A stretch of DNA of 64,000 nt. It comes from a virus. Shown here in pieces: positions 59,818 through 64,000 of this stretch. Position numbers and translations under genes: made by a program. The notes beneath the pieces are model-generated. The model ran no database searches. It was not told the origin of the DNA and saw only the letters and a list, made by a program, of their open reading frames with translations. Position 1 is the first letter of the stretch; the number at the start of each line of letters is the position of its first letter. The DNA lies in the IMG/VR virus record IMGVR_UViG_3300045988_163435, positions 30,425 through 94,424 of that record; one strand, given 5' to 3'.

Positions 59818-61755
59818 TTATTCATATATCGATTCCTTCCATGGATTAAAGTATCCAACATTACCCTCAAGTGACTTTATCTGATTAGGCGAAAACACAG
59901 CTGTTTCATTAAAACCAAAACCGCTTGTACCTGAAATCCCATTATAACCCAATGATTCAACATATGCTCTGTTCTCGGGTGTTATGTGCTGCAAAATCCA
60001 TGCTGGCATCTTTCCCATACGTGGATCTGTTATATCAATCGGATTGACGCCTGCACTGACGACGTATGTTCTCCCACCGCTATACCAGTCAGGTTTATAG
60101 CCCGTGTGAACCCCTATACCAGGCTGCTCATAACGCTCTGCATATCCTTTTTGATTAGTTAAGTATATACCTTCGGGACCAGTACCTGTTCCTCTGACCT
60201 GTACTCTATATAAAGGATGCGACTTTTGTGGAAATATAGTGGCATCTGCATACGGAGCGCCATGGTACTGTATATTAGGTGTTCCGCCAAAATGATTAAG
60301 ATAATCAGCGTAAGCCCTTGATTTCATTTGTAGATAAGCTCTAGGATCTACACCCAATTTAGCTGCGTCTTCATACACATTTTTGTAATCCAGCCTTTGC
60401 TTTCTATATATATCAGAGTATTCATTGCGCAAGAACGTCGGAACCTCTTCGCCGGATTTAGACCATCCAGTAAAATCTGGCATACCATCATTAAGGTATT
60501 CATCAGCTATCCGCGCTCTAAGCTTCAGATCTTTATCAAGCCCCTTATATGGCTTAACGATCTGCCTGAACGAATCGGCATAGAGTTCTCGCGGAACTAC
60601 ATCAATATAGTTCTTATCAGTAGTGTTTATATTATGTCCCTCATATACGTATTTGCCATTATCATATAATAAGCCTATACCTTTTCTTTCGAGCTTATCG
60701 CCGACAGAATGGCCAAACTCATGGGCAAGTGATGTCTTTGACGTCCAGGGGGCGTATCTTATAGAATTAGTCTTATCATTATACGCTTGTATAGAACCGG
60801 ATTCATCGCGTAACTTGAAAACTAATTCAGGTTTGGTCTGTATGGCTGCTCTATATTCCTTACTATTCTTACCGAAAGCCTTTTCTATATCATCGAGAAC
60901 ATCATAAAAATGCTCTCCACTTAATCTTCCAGATACTTTTGTTCCGGAAAAATTCAATGGATTTGTAAACTCAAGAAGCGAACTTAAAACTGGGCGTGAA
61001 TACCTGTCAACAAATAGATCTCCCCAGCTGTCGCGCAAACCTCCAGTGGTTTGATTTATACCAGCATCAAATATCGTATTGGCTATTCCAGCAAGCATAC
61101 CGGCAGGACCGACGATCCCTCCTGCTATAGCAGGGAACGCATACTTGGTTGCGAACCTGTCCCTACCGAGAGTTATATAGTCATTAAACGCCTGCTTGTC
61201 ACCATTTCTGATCGCATCCAATAATTGTTTATCAATGTATTTATCGGCTCCTTTATCGTGCCACCTTTTCTGCGTCCTGTTGAACATTCTCGCCTGTCTC
61301 CTAGTTCCGATAATGTCGTCGTTAAGACCATATCTATCAGCAAGATCATAAGCCTTGTTTTTTATCTGCTTTCTGCTCAGGCCACGAAGATTTATCGCGA
61401 CCTTTTCTGATGGCGTTATCGAATCAAACATCTGTTCAACCTCTCCACCATCTCCGTGCCACTTGGCAGCGTTTCTGGCGAAGTTGGCCTTCCTTACCAT
61501 CGCGGTGCTATAATCATCCTTATTGGAAAGGACACGCGACGCGAACTCCTGCACGCCCATGCCGTGCCTTTTCGCGGCCGACGTGAACGTGCCTTTCTTT
61601 GATGGATCAATATGTATGCCACCACCGTTGCCATACTCGTTATACAATGCCCTCATCTCATCAAGACTCGTCACACCACTCCCGGTAAATAACGAAATAA
61701 GTGAGGCCCTCTCGGGCATGCTGAGAGAACCCCACTTGTCAATATTATTATCCAT
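59818..61755 (-). CDS. polyvalent protein: zincin-like metallopeptidase (HEFGH) + C-terminal ART-like (ADP-ribosyltransferase, PolyVal-type) domain
   Basis: HExxH in LAHEFGHSVGD. The C-terminus reads QYHGAPYADATIF ... GIYLTNQKGYAERY ... GYNGISGTSGFGFNETAVFSPNQIKSLE, the YHG / G-x-Y-x-T / E-x-x-V-F pattern of ART-PolyVal domains. The ATG at 61755 (MDNNIDKW) is preferred over the track start at 61863, which overlaps the exonuclease gene by 91 nt. Confidence 0.5.
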   Translation of the reverse strand: MDNNIDKWGSLSMPERASLISLFTGSGVTSLDEMRALYNEYGNGGGIHIDPSKKGTFTSAAKRHGMGVQEFASRVLSNKDDYSTAMVRKANFARNAAKWHGDGGEVEQMFDSITPSEKVAINLRGLSRKQIKNKAYDLADRYGLNDDIIGTRRQARMFNRTQKRWHDKGADKYIDKQLLDAIRNGDKQAFNDYITLGRDRFATKYAFPAIAGGIVGPAGMLAGIANTIFDAGINQTTGGLRDSWGDLFVDRYSRPVLSSLLEFTNPLNFSGTKVSGRLSGEHFYDVLDDIEKAFGKNSKEYRAAIQTKPELVFKLRDESGSIQAYNDKTNSIRYAPWTSKTSLAHEFGHSVGDKLERKGIGLLYDNGKYVYEGHNINTTDKNYIDVVPRELYADSFRQIVKPYKGLDKDLKLRARIADEYLNDGMPDFTGWSKSGEEVPTFLRNEYSDIYRKQRLDYKNVYEDAAKLGVDPRAYLQMKSRAYADYLNHFGGTPNIQYHGAPYADATIFPQKSHPLYRVQVRGTGTGPEGIYLTNQKGYAERYEQPGIGVHTGYKPDWYSGGRTYVVSAGVNPIDITDPRMGKMPAWILQHITPENRAYVESLGYNGISGTSGFGFNETAVFSPNQIKSLEGNVGYFNPWKESIYE

Positions 61756-61772
61756 TATGAAAAAAGTATTTC

Positions 61773-62729
61773 CTATCTCGCAGGAGACGTCAATGGAACA
61801 ACCTTCTTGTTGTCTTTGTTGAGATTCTCCCTGCCACGCACGACGGCCCCGCAATCGATGCATCTGTAAAGCTTATACCTACAAGTGCTAGTGTTGTAAT
61901 ACCTGTCAGGTATCTCAACCAAGTGATCCTCCGAGGAACCACATACAGGACATCTTACAACGCCGTCATCAAATGTCGCAGCTACATTCGGATGACTCTT
62001 CATCCACGGCCTCAGCTTAAGATAAACCAACTCAAGAATCTTGACATCCTGCTGATTGTACACAGACATCTCCTCAAGAGCCTTTCTGTCACCTTTAAGA
62101 CATCTCTCCCATAAGGAGAAGTCAGTGCCTATCTTGTGAGGAAAGCCAAAGTAACCGGCCAGAGCGTCAAGCTTGTTGCTCTTGAAGCCAAAGTATCTCT
62201 TCGCGACATCAAGAGTGTCTATGATATAATACGGAGAAGGACACTTCAGATCGTTCAATATAAACCGCGTGTTCATCCACGGAACATCAGCCCTCTTAGC
62301 GTTATGCGCCACAACGACATCAGCCTCGTCAATAAGATTCCACAATGACCGCATAATCCTCGAGTCATCCTGCCTTAGCGCCTCCTCTGAAGTCAGCACA
62401 TCATACATAACCTCGCCGCCGTAAAGCCACTTGGCGGACCAGCACAACATGAACCAATCCTGCCTGACATGATCCCACGCGATATCCTGTTTCCACAAGC
62501 CCCAGATATAACCCAACATAGGGGCCGTCTCGGTGTCAAACACCAACACTTTAGGCATCTTCTTAGGAGGACCAACAACAGCACTGTGATAACCAGACGA
62601 CCGCACAGCATCCTTGGCCCTGCGTATATCGTCAACACTGCACTTCAAATAACGGCTCAACTTGCCGGAACCCATACTCAAAAGGTATGGCTTGCGCCCC
62701 ATGCGCTCAACTATCTCCTCAAAAACCAT
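61773..62729 (-). CDS. DnaQ-like DEDDy 3'-5' exonuclease with C-terminal zinc ribbon (318 aa)
   Basis: ExoI VLVFDTETAP, ExoII VVAHNAKRADVPW, ExoIII YNQQDVKILE, then CPVCGS...22 aa...CIDCG. Confidence 0.65.
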   Translation of the reverse strand: MVFEEIVERMGRKPYLLSMGSGKLSRYLKCSVDDIRRAKDAVRSSGYHSAVVGPPKKMPKVLVFDTETAPMLGYIWGLWKQDIAWDHVRQDWFMLCWSAKWLYGGEVMYDVLTSEEALRQDDSRIMRSLWNLIDEADVVVAHNAKRADVPWMNTRFILNDLKCPSPYYIIDTLDVAKRYFGFKSNKLDALAGYFGFPHKIGTDFSLWERCLKGDRKALEEMSVYNQQDVKILELVYLKLRPWMKSHPNVAATFDDGVVRCPVCGSSEDHLVEIPDRYYNTSTCRYKLYRCIDCGAVVRGRENLNKDNKKVVPLTSPAR

Positions 62730-62732
62730 AAA

Positions 62733-63152
62733 CTAAAACTCAATCTCTGAAACAAACTTTGGACGACGACGCCCATTGAGAATCGCACGGATATCAAACA
62801 CACTCGATCCCTCAGGAATAACGTCATAACTCATATGAACCTTACGCCACGCGTTTCTTGCCATACGATGGTCAACCTTTATGCCATCCGGCATGAACAC
62901 CCTTGGAGGCCTATAAGTGGACAACGCGACCTTGTGCATCATGTTGTCCCTGATCACTATCGGCGTGATGAACGCCTGAACACATAGACCATCATCATTC
63001 CTGATGAAAGTGGGAACCATGCGCTCAAACCTGACACCATGATTCGTCAAACAATTGGCCGTAAAAGCCTCGTCAGAATTGAACCTCAGTTTCTTCGCGT
63101 AGGCATAAACCTTGCCTACAAAAACCCTGTTCGCAGAACTAACAACACCCAT
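62733..63152 (-). CDS. hypothetical protein (139 aa), first ORF after the long structured leader
   Basis: ORF preceded by a T9 run and about 630 nt without a credible ORF. Confidence 0.35.
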   Translation of the reverse strand: MGVVSSANRVFVGKVYAYAKKLRFNSDEAFTANCLTNHGVRFERMVPTFIRNDDGLCVQAFITPIVIRDNMMHKVALSTYRPPRVFMPDGIKVDHRMARNAWRKVHMSYDVIPEGSSVFDIRAILNGRRRPKFVSEIEF

Positions 63153-63786
63153 TAAAAAAAAACTTAATGTAATTATACAATACCCTGAATACCCAGGAAG
63201 CCTAATGGGAGAACAGATTGTCTAACATCAACGTTACATAAACTTAACTTAATTTAACTTTATTTAAGTAACTTCGTTAACTATTAAACATAATTAGCCC
63301 TCCCCCGCTACGACCTTGGACGCCTAAAACTAATAGAAACGCTTACAGCAATAGCGGGGCGAGTACTCGCGATTACTCGCCACCCCCGTTATCCTTGACC
63401 GGTAATTCAATCGTCTAGCATATAGCCTTACCGCAACCTAACCATACAGGAATTACAGGCCTGTCTCTCTTTTCCCCATCCGGCAAAATGTCATTCCGGG
63501 AGAGATAGAATACCAGTATATTATGCATTTTAACCGCCTCAACAGCGGAGCACGCGCGCTTACTTTTCGCAACGCTTCATCAAGGACTGTTCTCGTTCGT
63601 AGGGGTGAAACTCGCCGTAGTTCCTACCCATTTTACATGTTGGCCATGCGGGACACTTGTTTGACGGTGGTTAAAATATTACTACACCAGCCAGTGACAA
63701 GATCGGCTAAAACCCCTGTCTTTAATCCACACCTCATAAGGCTCCGGAAAAGAGTACGCGAAATGACATTAACGCGTCGAACAATG
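63153..63786 (-). other. long G+C-rich, hairpin-dense untranslated region (candidate structured leader or ncRNA); strand tentative
   Basis: No credible ORF. Visibly more G+C-rich than the flanks (not computed). Many helices can be drawn by eye (listed in the finding). It lies directly downstream, on the minus strand, of a full Bacteroides-type promoter. Confidence 0.35.
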
Positions 63787-63818
63787 CAAATATACAAAAT
63801 ATTTATGAATCCACCAAA
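63787..63818 (-). promoter_or_regulatory. Bacteroides-type promoter (-33 TTTG, 20-nt spacer, -7 TATATTTG) reading into the structured region
   Basis: On the minus strand, TTTG (63815-63818) and TATATTTG (63787-63794) have exactly 20 nt between them, matching the TTTG-N19-21-TAnnTTTG consensus. Confidence 0.55.
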
Positions 63819-64000
63819 TAATTATACAAATAATTATATACACCAAACTAAAATTGTTGGATTACAACCCCAAAATATTATAAAAATTTTGAAAATTTTT
63901 AAAATTTTTGAAGTTGCAAAGATGGTTTCCTATAATAAATGCTTCTAAAAAAAATATATATTATGTTTGTTTGAGGGTGGGATATTTACAAAAAAAAAAT

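Noticed and set aside
61756-61863. N-terminal 36 aa (MHRLRGRRAWQ...) of the track ORF 59818..61863
   Set aside because: It overlaps the exonuclease gene by 91 nt and is Arg/Gln-rich nonsense-like sequence. The ATG at 61755 leaves a 17-nt spacer.
63855-63866. 11-nt identity (TTGGATTACAA) between this region and the tRNA-Thr anticodon arm (58968-58978), considered as a possible att-like tRNA fragment
   Set aside because: The match does not extend beyond 11 nt. No integrase or other lysogeny gene is present in the window. A match of this length can arise by chance in 128 kb of two-strand search space.
63523-63948. 141-aa plus-strand ORF in the terminal non-coding region
   Set aside because: It is extremely basic and low-complexity. 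It runs through the hairpin-dense GC-rich segment and the AT-rich repeats, and has no promoter or tight-packing context. It is more likely a chance ORF in structured or regulatory DNA.
1-64000. Stop-codon reassignment (TAG or TGA recoding), as reported for some crAss-like lineages
   Set aside because: All large genes are intact under the standard code. The only apparent truncations (MCP, vRNAP) are explained by introns. Neither tRNA is a suppressor.
1-64000. CRISPR arrays, integrase/excisionase, transposases, DGR (reverse transcriptase + template repeat)
   Set aside because: I saw no regularly spaced direct-repeat array, no tyrosine or serine recombinase motifs, and no RT motif (YxDD) in any ORF that I read.

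Overview
This window reads as about 64 kb of a crAss-like (Crassvirales-type) podophage of a Bacteroidales host. On the plus strand (9..12213) there is a roughly 2382-aa virion RNA polymerase-like gene and a 1389-aa giant protein. They converge at a bidirectional terminator (12217..12258) with one long minus-strand block (63152 down to 12265). In transcription order that block carries small auxiliary genes, a DEDDy exonuclease, a zincin + ART-like polyvalent protein, two tRNAs, a GroES-like gene, TerL, portal, tail-fibre and BACON/Ig-like proteins, a lysis-like cassette, scaffold, the major capsid gene, head/neck genes, a 1579-aa tail protein and three large internal proteins. The main result is the load of self-splicing elements in hallmark genes. 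(1) The major capsid gene is in four exons separated by three group I(-like) introns; two of these are paralogs of a compact family and one carries an HNH endonuclease. (2) The vRNAP gene is interrupted exactly inside its DFDID (DxDxD) catalytic motif by a group I intron carrying a LAGLIDADG endonuclease, with contiguous P1 and P10 pairings fixing the junctions. (3) TerL carries a class-3-like (Trp/Cys/Thr) intein with a LAGLIDADG domain. Also notable are a ~630-nt G+C-rich, hairpin-dense untranslated region downstream of a well-formed Bacteroides-type promoter (63153..63786), a ~110-nt GC island beside the tRNAs, and recurrent TAnnTTTG -7 boxes in front of minus-strand genes. I saw no CRISPR array, integrase or stop-codon recoding. 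All functional calls come from reading motifs by eye; no database search was run.
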